Part shown: piece after piece, positions 8,930-18,937 of the stretch
How positions within the stretch are numbered: the first letter of the stretch is position 1
Layout: each line of letters begins with the position of its first letter
IMG/VR virus record: IMGVR_UViG_3300044641_007115
Span: 1-64,000 of that record
Reading direction: 5' to 3' (one strand)
DNA: 64,000 nt
Notes under the pieces: model-generated
Seen by the model: only the letters and a program-made list of their open reading frames with translations
The model's database searches: none
What the model was told of the DNA's origin: nothing
Made by a program: the position numbers and the translations under genes

Positions 8930-10165
8930 ATGTCCATTCAATACGTTCCAGAATACGCCCGCATTGTGACGACCAATCCCGCCCCATACAATCTGACAGG
9001 ATCAAACAACATTCTTCAGATCAAAGTAGACGGAGGATCTACACAGACAGTTACGCTCACAACCGGCGGATCGCGCACAGCGGCCAACATCGTTTCAGAT
9101 TGTGGTGTCTTGACGGGTGTAACCCCGGCGGTCGTCACCGTTAACGGACAGGATTTTGTGTCTTTCACAACGACAACTAGCAACGGAAGCACATCATCCA
9201 TTGAAGTTCTCAGTCCAGTCAACAATGTGAATGCAACATTTGGTATCGCCACGGTTGACGGGACACCAAGATATTCAACAATCATTGGACCAGTAACGAC
9301 CAAACAACAAATCATCGATGCGACCGAAGCGGCATTGCTTCGGGTAGGATGGTCTACGATCAGCGGATCGGGTAGCACCAATCTTCTAATGCAATCTTCG
9401 ATGACACCACAAGGACTTCGATTCCGCCTTCGGGTTAGAGATAACGGTGGGAACAACGCTTGTTTTGGTATCGAAAATGTAGCCGGAACAAGAGTCGGAA
9501 CCAGCAATATAAACGGAATTGGTCTGATTTTTCCGGCCAGTCGCACATACCGGATCATTGCCAACAAGTATCAATTCTTCATATACGAAGAAAATTCAGG
9601 ACAGGTAAACGCCACTTCCGCTCCTTTTCGAAGCAATGTATTTTGTGGTGTTCCTTGGATTCCATCCAATCTAACGGGAACGCTCTACGAATCCATCTGG
9701 TTAATTGCTAATGCTTCATCTGACGGAGATAACTCTACGCGCGGAAGTCTTCGAGAAGTTCTAGGTTCTCGAAATAGCAACGTAGGCGGCAACGGCAATC
9801 TCACTGTTATTTGCAACAACAACATTTGGGAAAGTTTTGTCAACTCCAATATGAATGGCATTGGCATGCCTTGTCTGATTACGATATGGCAGGGATGTCG
9901 TATTCAAAGACAAGCCTATTCATGGTTTCGGTGGCACGACGATAGTGAGTTTATGGTTGATCCGCTAATCGCATGGGGTCTTACTTCACAGAATGACGAA
10001 GCTAAAATTCGTGGGATGTTGTGGGATTCTTTCATTCAGGTGGGCGGTCCATATGAACCGGGGTTATCAGTTTCGATGGGAGGAAGAACATTCATGCCAA
10101 TCACCATCAACAATTACGGGTCTAACGAAAATGCGCGCGGTGCGCTGTTTACAGCCATCAGCTAA
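8930..10165 (+). CDS. Tail-associated protein, QY-family paralog 3
   Basis: Full-length similarity to paralogs 2 and 4. Confidence 0.65.
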   Translation: MSIQYVPEYARIVTTNPAPYNLTGSNNILQIKVDGGSTQTVTLTTGGSRTAANIVSDCGVLTGVTPAVVTVNGQDFVSFTTTTSNGSTSSIEVLSPVNNVNATFGIATVDGTPRYSTIIGPVTTKQQIIDATEAALLRVGWSTISGSGSTNLLMQSSMTPQGLRFRLRVRDNGGNNACFGIENVAGTRVGTSNINGIGLIFPASRTYRIIANKYQFFIYEENSGQVNATSAPFRSNVFCGVPWIPSNLTGTLYESIWLIANASSDGDNSTRGSLREVLGSRNSNVGGNGNLTVICNNNIWESFVNSNMNGIGMPCLITIWQGCRIQRQAYSWFRWHDDSEFMVDPLIAWGLTSQNDEAKIRGMLWDSFIQVGGPYEPGLSVSMGGRTFMPITINNYGSNENARGALFTAIS

Positions 10166-10185
10166 GAGAGGAAAAAGAGAAACAC

Positions 10186-11415
10186 ATGGCAATTCAATAC
10201 GTCGATAGAAACGCGGATCTTTGCTGCAATGTTGCGGGGCCGTATGTCGTCACTGGATCTAACAATCAGCTATCGATCAATGTCAACGGAACCGGCAATC
10301 AGGTTTTCTCCCTGACCACAGGGACGCGAACGGCGGCGGATATTGTTGCTGATTTGAGCGGTCTGACCGGAGCGACGGCTAGTGTCATCACAGTGAACAC
10401 TGCAACCTATGTGCGCATCCGCACGACTAGTGCAACGGGACTTAGCTCAACGATTGTAGTCAACGCCCCGACCAACAACTGCAACGCTTTGCTTGGGTTG
10501 ATCGCAACGACTTACCACGGTGGTTCAAATGTCGCCAGCAACTTTGTCGGATCAACCAAGCAACAGATCATCAACGGAATTGAAACAGCGATGCTGGCGG
10601 CTGGATGGATCACGATTTCAGGTTCGAACACGACGAACTTGTTGATGCAATCTTCCCTTTCGCCCGATCCACAGAATCTTCGCATCCGGGCGCGTATTCG
10701 CGACAACGGAAACAACTGTGTTGTTATCTCTATCGAAAATGTTCCGGGCAGCAAAGTTGGAGCAAACGGAACCGGCAACGGAATTCAGTTGTTGCCGTTA
10801 ACAGCACGCGGCTGGCGGGTGATCGCCAACAAATATCAAGTGTTTGTCTTATCGCCGGGAACACTCGAAAATCGAACATTCGGTGCTTTTGGTGTGCCAT
10901 ATCTTCCTTCGTTCCTGTGTGGGAAAATTTGGGAGGCGGCATGGCTTCAGGCCAACGCAAACTCTGATACCGATACGTCAAGTGCCGGATTTTATGGATG
11001 TCGTCTTTGCTTCCGTGTCATTCTTGGTACCGACTACAACTACACATTCAATGGTGCTGTCCAAACACAGAATCTTTGTAATGGATATCTGTGGGAAAAT
11101 CAGGTAGCATCTTCTTCGGCCAATCAACAACTAATGTCGATGTTTTCTTCTTACAACGGAACGGTGCCTAGCGCACACCGTTACTGGCATGACGGTAGTG
11201 CGATTCTATCCGATCCCCTGATTATATGGGGAACAACTAACACCACGGAAGGAACTATCAAAGGACAGCTTTGGGATGCTTTTGTGTCATCCGACACCTA
11301 TGTCATGGACACGATATTGTCCAACATCGATTCGCGCAACTGGCAAGTTATCACCCACAGTAACGTTGGTATTGCCAATCCTATTCGTGGATCTCTAGTA
11401 GTTGCGGTCCCATAA
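10186..11415 (+). CDS. Tail-associated protein, QY-family paralog 4
   Basis: Full-length similarity to paralogs 2 and 3. Confidence 0.65.
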   Translation: MAIQYVDRNADLCCNVAGPYVVTGSNNQLSINVNGTGNQVFSLTTGTRTAADIVADLSGLTGATASVITVNTATYVRIRTTSATGLSSTIVVNAPTNNCNALLGLIATTYHGGSNVASNFVGSTKQQIINGIETAMLAAGWITISGSNTTNLLMQSSLSPDPQNLRIRARIRDNGNNCVVISIENVPGSKVGANGTGNGIQLLPLTARGWRVIANKYQVFVLSPGTLENRTFGAFGVPYLPSFLCGKIWEAAWLQANANSDTDTSSAGFYGCRLCFRVILGTDYNYTFNGAVQTQNLCNGYLWENQVASSSANQQLMSMFSSYNGTVPSAHRYWHDGSAILSDPLIIWGTTNTTEGTIKGQLWDAFVSSDTYVMDTILSNIDSRNWQVITHSNVGIANPIRGSLVVAVP

Positions 11416-11430
11416 GAAGGAAACATCGGA

Positions 11431-13248
11431 GTGCCGGGAAGACAGACATTCACGCTTCAGCTAATTTCGAATAGCTGGACAGCGAATACGACAGCAATTC
11501 AAGCCATCAGCACAGACATGCGCGGTGGCTTTGTTGCTATTCCGTCTTCCCTTTCCTTCACATCGGCTAGCAAGCTATCGCGGGGCGGCGGTGGTGTTTT
11601 TGACTTTGTGTCTAGTAATGGATTGCGTCCTGATGCAAATGCAATTGGTACCTACAAACTCTGGACGGGTACCGATGACACGGACGTTCCACAATTCCTT
11701 ACAGTTATACCCACAACTGTCAATTTGTTCACCACAGCACCGATTTTTACTGACACCGAATTCATATTTGTTGTGTACGGTTCGTGGGATGACAGTATTT
11801 TCACATGGAACGATGGTGATAGTGTCTGGACGGCAGGGTGGAGTGCAATTCCGTCGTCTCTTTCTTTCACAGCGACCAGTAAGCTGTCACGGGGCGGTGG
11901 CGGCGTCATTAGTATTCTCAATAGTCGTAACAGCGTTACTAACGAAGGAAACGTTTTCGGAAACTATTTCTTTGAAACCGGCACACTACAGGCATCGGGC
12001 GGCGGTGACGTTATCAATGGCACCGCTGCGATCACCGTTTCGTTGCAAGTCGGGGCGGGTGTTCTCATCAACGGGGCGGCATCTTTTTCTGCCACTGGAA
12101 ATCTTACCGCAATCCTGACCAAAGAAGAAACCGGCGTACCATCTTCCGTCGCGGTAGCGGGAACTCTCACCTGTAACGCGAATGCTTCCGTGACGATTGA
12201 AACGGGAATGTATGGCGGCATCGTGACCAACAACCGGTTTGTAGAACCACAAGAAACCATTGCCGGATCGATGGTGCTCAGCGGAGTCACGGCGCGTTTC
12301 AGCGATCTATACTCCGGTTACTACGACCGTCGCTTGGTGTGGGGGTATACGAACTACCCCGCCGCCAACTTTAGACAGCCCCGTTCTGTCTTGATGACCG
12401 GGTATGATTGGAGTTCAGTCAATCTGAACGTCTACAGTGTCATGGAAGAAGATGTTACCCCAACGTCCAGTACGTTGGGCGGCGTCACATCATGGACATC
12501 AGATTTCTATTCGGGATACACCGCAAATCAAGTCGGTACGTTAGACACCCTGACTTATGCAAGAGCTACACAAGTCGTTAGCGAAGTGCTGGCGCAAGTC
12601 AGTTCTAATGCTCGGTTATCACAGGTCGCACATGAAGTTTTGGTGTCACCGGGGAGCCGGGCGCGCCACACTCAAACGGCGGTTGAAGTTCTCCGTCAAA
12701 TTAACGTTGGATGGATTCAGCAAGAAGCGGTTGAGGCCATTGGCAATCAGATCAGCGCATTGCGGTATGCGTTAATCCAACAATGCGCCGTGGAAGTCAT
12801 GTACTCCATCAAGGCCAAAGTCAATCTGACCCAAGTCGCAACCGAACTTCTGAAGGGAGCAAATCCGAATCCGCCTGTGAACGTCACTTCGGTGGCGACG
12901 GAAGTACTTCGTCAAAGAACAGAAATCGACACAACCCCGTCTTTCGTGCAACAGGTGGCTCTTGAATCTTTGCGGAACGCTCCGAACCCGCCCGCCGTTA
13001 TCAACCACATGGCGCTGGAATATGTCGTTCAGCCGTACCCGCCCGCCGTTATCAATCATGTGGCGCTGGAATGGTTCCGTAACGCAACAAGCATCCCGGC
13101 GGTCATCAATCACGTGGCGCTCGAAAAGAGCCGAACGGCGGATATTACACCGGCATTGGTTCATCACATCGCCGTCGAAATACTGGTCCGGCCAGAATTC
13201 GACCCAACGGTGTCGAGCCTTATCAACAACCCGAAGTTTTACTTCTAA
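11431..13248 (+). CDS. Repeat-containing virion structural protein
   Basis: Duplicated AIPSSLSFT..SKLSRGGGGV motif; C-terminal ~20-aa repeats (PAVINHVALE; Q.A.EVL). Confidence 0.6.
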   Translation: MPGRQTFTLQLISNSWTANTTAIQAISTDMRGGFVAIPSSLSFTSASKLSRGGGGVFDFVSSNGLRPDANAIGTYKLWTGTDDTDVPQFLTVIPTTVNLFTTAPIFTDTEFIFVVYGSWDDSIFTWNDGDSVWTAGWSAIPSSLSFTATSKLSRGGGGVISILNSRNSVTNEGNVFGNYFFETGTLQASGGGDVINGTAAITVSLQVGAGVLINGAASFSATGNLTAILTKEETGVPSSVAVAGTLTCNANASVTIETGMYGGIVTNNRFVEPQETIAGSMVLSGVTARFSDLYSGYYDRRLVWGYTNYPAANFRQPRSVLMTGYDWSSVNLNVYSVMEEDVTPTSSTLGGVTSWTSDFYSGYTANQVGTLDTLTYARATQVVSEVLAQVSSNARLSQVAHEVLVSPGSRARHTQTAVEVLRQINVGWIQQEAVEAIGNQISALRYALIQQCAVEVMYSIKAKVNLTQVATELLKGANPNPPVNVTSVATEVLRQRTEIDTTPSFVQQVALESLRNAPNPPAVINHMALEYVVQPYPPAVINHVALEWFRNATSIPAVINHVALEKSRTADITPALVHHIAVEILVRPEFDPTVSSLINNPKFYF

Positions 13249-13260
13249 ATACCAGTCAGC

Positions 13261-14238
13261 ATGGCGAACCCAAATACTTCAACATTCCCGTATGCGATCC
13301 CCACGGATTCTATCCTCATGGTCGCATCGGACAATGCGCAATCCCCACTCACGGCGGATATCGACGACACCCAAACTTCGATCCCTGTCAGCGACGGTTC
13401 GGTGTTTGAAACGCCGTGTCTCATTGGCATCGACGACGAAATCATTTCCGTAGCCGGTCGGAGCGGGAACAATCTCACTCCATGCATTCGCGGTGTTAGC
13501 GGCACCACGGCGGTAGCCCACACCGACAATACCCCGGTATTGGGTTATGTCTTTGCATACCACCACAACCAAGTCGCGGCGGAAATTCAATCGTTGAGCG
13601 GATTCACTTTTCAGAACGCCATGCGCGGGTTGGATCGGCTGGAAAACCTTCTCTCCTACAGCGAAGAATTAGAAAATGTGGCGTGGAACAAATACACCGG
13701 GACTACGGTACCGGCCACAAATATCGCGGCACCGAACGGGACCAATACCGGGCGGCGGCTCTTGGAAGGAAGTGGTTCGGGTCGTCATGGTGTGGGAGCC
13801 AGCTATAGTACTCTGACCGATGGCACGGCTATCGTCATCAGCGTCTATGCCAAGAAACAATCTTTGGATTGGATTTGTATCGGCCAAAACATCAACGGAG
13901 AAACCGGTCGCCGGGCATGGTTCAACATCAACACCGGAACGATTGGCACCGTAGGAGCCAGCGCTAAGGCCACCATCGTCGATGTTGGCAACGGATGGTA
14001 CCGCTGTTTGGTCGAAACAACCCAAACTACGAACGTCACCAAAACATTCGATATCGTCATGACAACGGGCGATAGCACGGTGACGTATAACGGGACTTCC
14101 ACAAATGCCACCTACTTTTGGGGAGCACAAGTTCGGCAAGGAACCATGAACGAAAAACAGCAGTACGTTGTCACCACCGGAACCACGGTTTCCGTACAAC
14201 AGGGCGGCATCGTCCTAGATGAAGGGGATTTGAGCTAA
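13261..14238 (+). CDS. Tail-associated protein with carbohydrate-binding-like beta-sandwich
   Basis: N-terminus paralogous to 2509..3576; ENLLSYSEEL...W and DVGNGWYRC...WGAQV..G typical of phage tail CBM-like modules. Confidence 0.65.
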   Translation: MANPNTSTFPYAIPTDSILMVASDNAQSPLTADIDDTQTSIPVSDGSVFETPCLIGIDDEIISVAGRSGNNLTPCIRGVSGTTAVAHTDNTPVLGYVFAYHHNQVAAEIQSLSGFTFQNAMRGLDRLENLLSYSEELENVAWNKYTGTTVPATNIAAPNGTNTGRRLLEGSGSGRHGVGASYSTLTDGTAIVISVYAKKQSLDWICIGQNINGETGRRAWFNINTGTIGTVGASAKATIVDVGNGWYRCLVETTQTTNVTKTFDIVMTTGDSTVTYNGTSTNATYFWGAQVRQGTMNEKQQYVVTTGTTVSVQQGGIVLDEGDLS

Positions 14239-15884
14239 TGGGCGTACCTATTCAACGGCGGGGCGGCACTACGTCCCAACATTCGAGCTTCACCGGCAAA
14301 CCGCGTGAAGTGACCATCGACACGACCAAATGGACTGTAGTCGTACATGACGGGTCCACGCTTGGCGGTTATCCGTTAGCAAAGGAAATCCACGTCCACG
14401 GAAATGCAACGACCAGTGTGGCTGGATTCATGTCAGCGACGGACAAAACAAAACTAGACAACCTTCCAAGCTCTGTCGTCTATCAGCAAGTCCAAACCAA
14501 CAACACACCGGGGCCAACGCGGTCGGCACTCAACTTCACGGCGTCTTTCGCAGTAACCGATGACAACGCCGGAAACAAAACCACCATCGATCTGAGCGAT
14601 CTTGGCATTGTCCCGGCACAGTATACGAAGGTCACGGTGAGTGCGCAAGGCCGGGTGACCGCTGCAACTGTTCTTTCAGCGGCGGACATTCCAAGTTTGA
14701 CATCGGCCAAGATCACCGATTTCAATGCGACAGTCCAGACCAACCGGTTAGACCAACTGACCGGTCCTACTGGTTCGGTCAATCTCAACTCACAGAAGAT
14801 CATCAACCTGTTGGACCCGACAAATCCACAGGACGCGGCGACAAAAGCATATGTCGATTCCGCGCGCGTCGGTTTGGAGTTCAAAGAGTCTGTCCGGGCA
14901 GCGACGACGGCGAACATCAACTTGACTTTGCCGGGCACCACTATCGACGGTGTAACGCTGGTCAACGGGGATCGGGTCTTGCTCAAGGATCAGACCACGA
15001 CATCACAAAATGGCATCTATGTGTTTGCGGGACCGTCAACACCCCTCAGCCGGGCGGCGGACTCGAATACAAACGATGAAATGTTGCCGGGCACATTCGT
15101 GTTGGTCACTGAAGGCTCTACCAACGGCGACACGGCATGGGTTCTTGCTACGGATGCTCCGATCACTTTGAACACTACCGGATTGGATTGGGTACAGTTC
15201 TCCGGGGCGAACAACGTGGCGGCGGGCGATGGTCTATCCAAAGTCGGCAATACTTTGAGCGTGCGCACATCGAACGCAAGCCGTATCGTTGTGGGTGGAA
15301 CGGGTGTGGATTTGGCGACCACGGGTGTCGGGGCGGGCACATACAACACGCTGACAGTTGATGTCTACGGGCGAATCACCGCCGCGACAAACACGGCCTT
15401 CCAAGCACAGAACACTCTACTGACCAATTTGGTTGGTTTGGGATCTTCTATCGGCATTGTGGCGAAAACTGCTACCAGCACGGTGGCGACGCGCACCTTG
15501 ACCGCTGGTACCGGTATCAGCATCACCAACGGCGATGGCGTCAGTGGCGATCCTACCATTGCACAGGCGGCGGATACAGTCGTTCAGCGCTTGCGTCTAT
15601 CGAAAGGCGGCACACTGGTCGGAACCCGGCGGGAACTCAACTTCATCGACGGATCTGGTATCAGTATTGATGTGGTGGATGACACTCCAACGAACCGGAC
15701 CAACGTGACGATCAATCAGACAGGCGGCGTCTCTTCGAGCGCACAGTTCGTCTGTCTGGCAAACGACGGAACCCTTTCCAATGAGCGTGTCTTGACCGCT
15801 GGCACCGGCATCAACATCACCGATGGCGGTGCGGGCAATAACGTGACGGTCGCAATTGTTCAAGACCTTGGCGCGGTGCCATAA
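14238..15884 (+). CDS. Tail fibre protein with Mtd_N-like N-terminal domain
   Basis: IQRRGGTTSQHSSFTGKPREVTIDTTKWTVVVHDGSTLGGYPLAK; DAATKAYVD; GTYNTLTVDVYGRIT fibre motifs. Confidence 0.75.
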   Translation: MGVPIQRRGGTTSQHSSFTGKPREVTIDTTKWTVVVHDGSTLGGYPLAKEIHVHGNATTSVAGFMSATDKTKLDNLPSSVVYQQVQTNNTPGPTRSALNFTASFAVTDDNAGNKTTIDLSDLGIVPAQYTKVTVSAQGRVTAATVLSAADIPSLTSAKITDFNATVQTNRLDQLTGPTGSVNLNSQKIINLLDPTNPQDAATKAYVDSARVGLEFKESVRAATTANINLTLPGTTIDGVTLVNGDRVLLKDQTTTSQNGIYVFAGPSTPLSRAADSNTNDEMLPGTFVLVTEGSTNGDTAWVLATDAPITLNTTGLDWVQFSGANNVAAGDGLSKVGNTLSVRTSNASRIVVGGTGVDLATTGVGAGTYNTLTVDVYGRITAATNTAFQAQNTLLTNLVGLGSSIGIVAKTATSTVATRTLTAGTGISITNGDGVSGDPTIAQAADTVVQRLRLSKGGTLVGTRRELNFIDGSGISIDVVDDTPTNRTNVTINQTGGVSSSAQFVCLANDGTLSNERVLTAGTGINITDGGAGNNVTVAIVQDLGAVP

Positions 15885-15908
15885 ACCGCACACGTCCTAA
15901 ATGTCTTT

Positions 15909-16379
15909 GTGCAACTAGGACAGCAATTCGTTCTGCTCTACAAAGAGTCTAAGGGACCTTCACGGGCTTTCGCATGTGAAATCATTCACATAGAAGAGAA
16001 AGACGTGAAGGTCGCTGTGTTTCATCCCGGCGAAGACTTCCGTATCATCAACGCGACGATGGAAGGAAAATTTTTGATCGGTCCACGCGACACGTACATG
16101 GAACTCAAAGATCCGAACGTCAAAGAGAAAGTGACCATCGCCAGATTCCGGGATACTGTACTTGCCCGGCTAACAGAGGCCGAACGGCGCGCCTATGAGA
16201 ATCCGGCGGGCGACAAGAAAAAGAAACCGAAGTCCACAGCGGTTCTTCCCGTACAGGAATCTATACCGGAGCCGCCCAAGGTGACCAAGAAAGCAAAGGA
16301 ACCCGCGCCAGCTAAAAAAGCCCCGGCGAAAAAAGCCACTAAGAAAGCGGCCAAGAAAAGTCCGAAGAAAAAAGCCTAG
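15909..16379 (+). CDS. Hypothetical protein with histone-H1-like Lys/Ala tail
   Basis: C-terminus PAKKAPAKKATKKAAKKSPKKKA; CTAAATG motif 5 nt before GTG. Confidence 0.6.
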   Translation: MQLGQQFVLLYKESKGPSRAFACEIIHIEEKDVKVAVFHPGEDFRIINATMEGKFLIGPRDTYMELKDPNVKEKVTIARFRDTVLARLTEAERRAYENPAGDKKKKPKSTAVLPVQESIPEPPKVTKKAKEPAPAKKAPAKKATKKAAKKSPKKKA

Positions 16380-16558
16380 TCGTCTTCTGTGTTTTCGTGG
16401 TTATATCCACAGCGCGGGCACTTGGATGGATAAGCGGGAATACCGCGCAATCGCGCCACAAGATTCACGATACCGTTCACCAGCATTCCCAAGAGGATGA
16501 AGCATCCGATGAACACCCAAAAACCACTGGTAGCGAATTTCAGAAGGTCAAGAAGCAT
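16376..16558 (-). CDS. Small membrane protein with CxxC
   Basis: Hydrophobic N-half, KCPRCG. Confidence 0.5.
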   Translation of the reverse strand: MLLDLLKFATSGFWVFIGCFILLGMLVNGIVNLVARLRGIPAYPSKCPRCGYNHENTEDD

Positions 16559-16559
16559 A

Positions 16560-16898
16560 CTACTTTTTATACCACTTCTGTTCGTCTAGCTTGATTCCCT
16601 TTGACAGACAGGCGTCATGAAACTTCTGATAGAACTCTTGCGCATAGGTTTGGCTGTCCATGTTGATCGGCCAGTGCCACGGCGCTCCTAACAAGTCTTC
16701 GACGATGCTGTCGATCAAGATGTCCCGGTCGATGGTATCGCACACATCATCCGGCGAATCCCGCTTGGTGACCGGATGCCGGTCGGAGTACAGCTTGATC
16801 TGTTCGTTGGTGAGAATGATGCCAAAATGACGTTGCATCGTTTCCCGAACGTTGGTGTAGACCGGCGGCGCGGCTTTCTTCGTTGCGGCTTTTGCCAT
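16560..16898 (-). CDS. Hypothetical protein
   Basis: Packed ORF downstream of a divergent promoter. Confidence 0.55.
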   Translation of the reverse strand: MAKAATKKAAPPVYTNVRETMQRHFGIILTNEQIKLYSDRHPVTKRDSPDDVCDTIDRDILIDSIVEDLLGAPWHWPINMDSQTYAQEFYQKFHDACLSKGIKLDEQKWYKK

Positions 16899-16906
16899 GA
16901 AAAAAG

Positions 16907-16947
16907 AGTATCACATATTGACTTGTATGTCAAATGTGTGGTATACT
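16907..16947. promoter_or_regulatory. Overlapping divergent sigma70-type promoters
   Basis: + strand TTGACT-N18-TATACT; - strand TTGACA...GATACT. Confidence 0.6.
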
Positions 16948-16953
16948 CTTCTC

Positions 16954-17472
16954 ATGAACGAAGAAAAACTTCTCAGGCTTCCCGTCCCGCTGGCGACAAA
17001 GATGCTTGAATATGGGTGGATCGTCACAGGCGTGCCATCCATCGGAATTGCCTACACGGTCGGTCTGATGGAGAAGTTCAACCATCCTGAAATCGCCATC
17101 CACGGACTTCCGGTTCAAACATCTTACGGCTTCCTCCAATCGATTGTGAAGATGATCCGTGACGGCAAACGGTTCGAACCCGGCCAGAACTACGATGAAA
17201 TCGCGGCCAACTTCCCCACACAGTTCGTCGTTGTGGACCGGGAGAATGCGTCGTGGGTCGGTATGGTCTACAACTACAACGGCCCGATGTTCAACGCACT
17301 TCAGATGATCTGGACGGACACGAAAGGAAAGTTTCCGTGGGAACCCGACTTCGAAGAGCGGTTCCGCGACAAACAACATGTCCTCAATGTCCCGGTGCCA
17401 TACCCCGAATCCGGCGATAGCTGTTGTGACGCAAATTGTGCGTGCAATTCGAAAAACAATCCGGTCCACTGA
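16954..17472 (+). CDS. DUF4262-family protein
   Basis: AYTVGL.EKFNHPEIAIHGLP...G.RFEPG..Y; LQMIWTD..G.FPWE. Confidence 0.7.
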   Translation: MNEEKLLRLPVPLATKMLEYGWIVTGVPSIGIAYTVGLMEKFNHPEIAIHGLPVQTSYGFLQSIVKMIRDGKRFEPGQNYDEIAANFPTQFVVVDRENASWVGMVYNYNGPMFNALQMIWTDTKGKFPWEPDFEERFRDKQHVLNVPVPYPESGDSCCDANCACNSKNNPVH

Positions 17473-17527
17473 TGTATAATGATGGGTGAGCGTGTGCTGT
17501 GAGAGGTTCGCGCTTTCTCTTGCTTGA

Positions 17528-17560
17528 CGGCGGGCCAGTGTATCGGCCCGCCATTTTTAT
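17528..17560. terminator. Intrinsic terminator
   Basis: ggcgggcc...ggcccgcc followed by attttt. Confidence 0.7.
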
Positions 17561-18315
17561 TTGGTCACCGTGACGGAAGGCGTCGCCGCCCGGTTGATAT
17601 TGAACCAAATCAAAGTGCCGTTCGCGGCATAGCCGATCACCCGGTCGTACCACTTCGGCTTCGTGAGCCTGTCGATGTTGGATGTTATGTTGCTGGTGTT
17701 CTGGACAATGATGGGGAACTGTGTAGCGAAGGCGTCCGTGCTCTTCCTGACATCGGAAGCAACCAAAGGAATGGTCGTCGAAATCCCTTGCATGGTGGCC
17801 GATGTATCCCGGCTGGCGGCACGGAAGGAAACCATTGAATCGGTCACAAGGTTCTGCCAACAGAAATCATTCTCCGCACAGTTCGTGAATGGCTTCAGTG
17901 AAGTGTCCAGACGATCCGGTATCGCCGCATAGGTCTTCGTCAGATCATTCACCCCGCCCGCTACGTTGGTCAGGTTTCGGTCAGCGGATGCCACCAACTG
18001 ATCGACCCGCTTCAAGGTTTCCCCTTCCAGTGCGACTAGATGACGATCCGTGGTCTTTTCCAGACTGCTGATGCGACGATCCGTGGTGGTTCGGATCTCT
18101 GTTAACTGTTGCTCCGTGGTCGCTCTCCAATCGGTCAACTGGCGATTCGCGGTTGTTTCTAAGGAAGACACCCGCGTGTCAATTAGCGCACGGGTTGCGG
18201 TCATTTCTGTTTTGATGATGTCGGGAACAATCCACAGAAGGCGGGCAACAAAGAGCAAACAGAGAACAGAAGCGAAGTAGAAGGACGCTTTCGCAACGGC
18301 TAAAATCTTATCCAT
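17557..18315 (-). CDS. Membrane-anchored coiled-coil protein
   Basis: N-terminal TM helix, 11-residue amphipathic repeats (TT.R.L..L). Confidence 0.55.
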   Translation of the reverse strand: MDKILAVAKASFYFASVLCLLFVARLLWIVPDIIKTEMTATRALIDTRVSSLETTANRQLTDWRATTEQQLTEIRTTTDRRISSLEKTTDRHLVALEGETLKRVDQLVASADRNLTNVAGGVNDLTKTYAAIPDRLDTSLKPFTNCAENDFCWQNLVTDSMVSFRAASRDTSATMQGISTTIPLVASDVRKSTDAFATQFPIIVQNTSNITSNIDRLTKPKWYDRVIGYAANGTLIWFNINRAATPSVTVTK

Positions 18316-18352
18316 AAAAGCTACTTAGCGGCCTTACTGGATAACTAATTGG

Positions 18353-18640
18353 CTATTCTGCGGCGACGACTTCACTCAAAATATCCCCGGTGGCGATCAA
18401 GTTTCCAGTCGCATCGATCTTCATCAGATGCGGAACTTTGCGGATCGAAAACCGGCGGACCAAATCCGAAGAAGAGTTGACATCCACAAATAGCGCTGTG
18501 ATTTTGGTCGGGTCTAATCCACCTACTCGTTTCACCATGCGTGCGCTTAGCACACTGCCGGGCATCACAAATACAAGGAGAATGGGGAGTTTCGATGCTT
18601 TGATAGCGGCATCAATGGTGTTGGCGTCAACGGTGGTCAC
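18353..18640 (-). CDS. Thioredoxin-fold protein lacking CxxC
   Basis: PILLVFVMPGSVLS in place of WCGPC; VDVN....LVRRFSIRKVP. Confidence 0.6.
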   Translation of the reverse strand: MTTVDANTIDAAIKASKLPILLVFVMPGSVLSARMVKRVGGLDPTKITALFVDVNSSSDLVRRFSIRKVPHLMKIDATGNLIATGDILSEVVAAE

Positions 18641-18654
18641 ACACCTATTTAGGG

Positions 18655-18933
18655 CTAGACCAGTGCGTCAGCTTGTTCCATCGTAGGGTTGATGTAGCAG
18701 GATTGGCCGGTGGCCGCTTCCTGTTGCTCACGGAAGATCGAAACGATGGCCCACGGAACGATTCCTTCTTTCCGGCAATTCCATCCGTGATCCCACGCCT
18801 CTTTGTAGTACCCATCCCGATGCGGATTGTCAGTGATGGGTTGATTATCGCGATGGGCGGCGAATCCTTTTTTGGTGGCCCAATTTTCCCCGCTTCGAAT
18901 GTAAGCGGCTTCAGCGGCATACGCTTGGCACAT
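18655..18933 (-). CDS. Rmf/CrpP-like small protein
   Basis: GF.A.......NP...G....AW..GW pattern resembles ribosome modulation factor family. Confidence 0.5.
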   Translation of the reverse strand: MCQAYAAEAAYIRSGENWATKKGFAAHRDNQPITDNPHRDGYYKEAWDHGWNCRKEGIVPWAIVSIFREQQEAATGQSCYINPTMEQADALV

Positions 18934-18937
18934 GGAG

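Noticed and set aside
6002-11415. Diversity-generating retroelement or shufflon acting on the tail paralogs
   Set aside because: No reverse transcriptase or invertase in the window; paralogs differ at all bases and no near-identical template/variable repeat pair was seen
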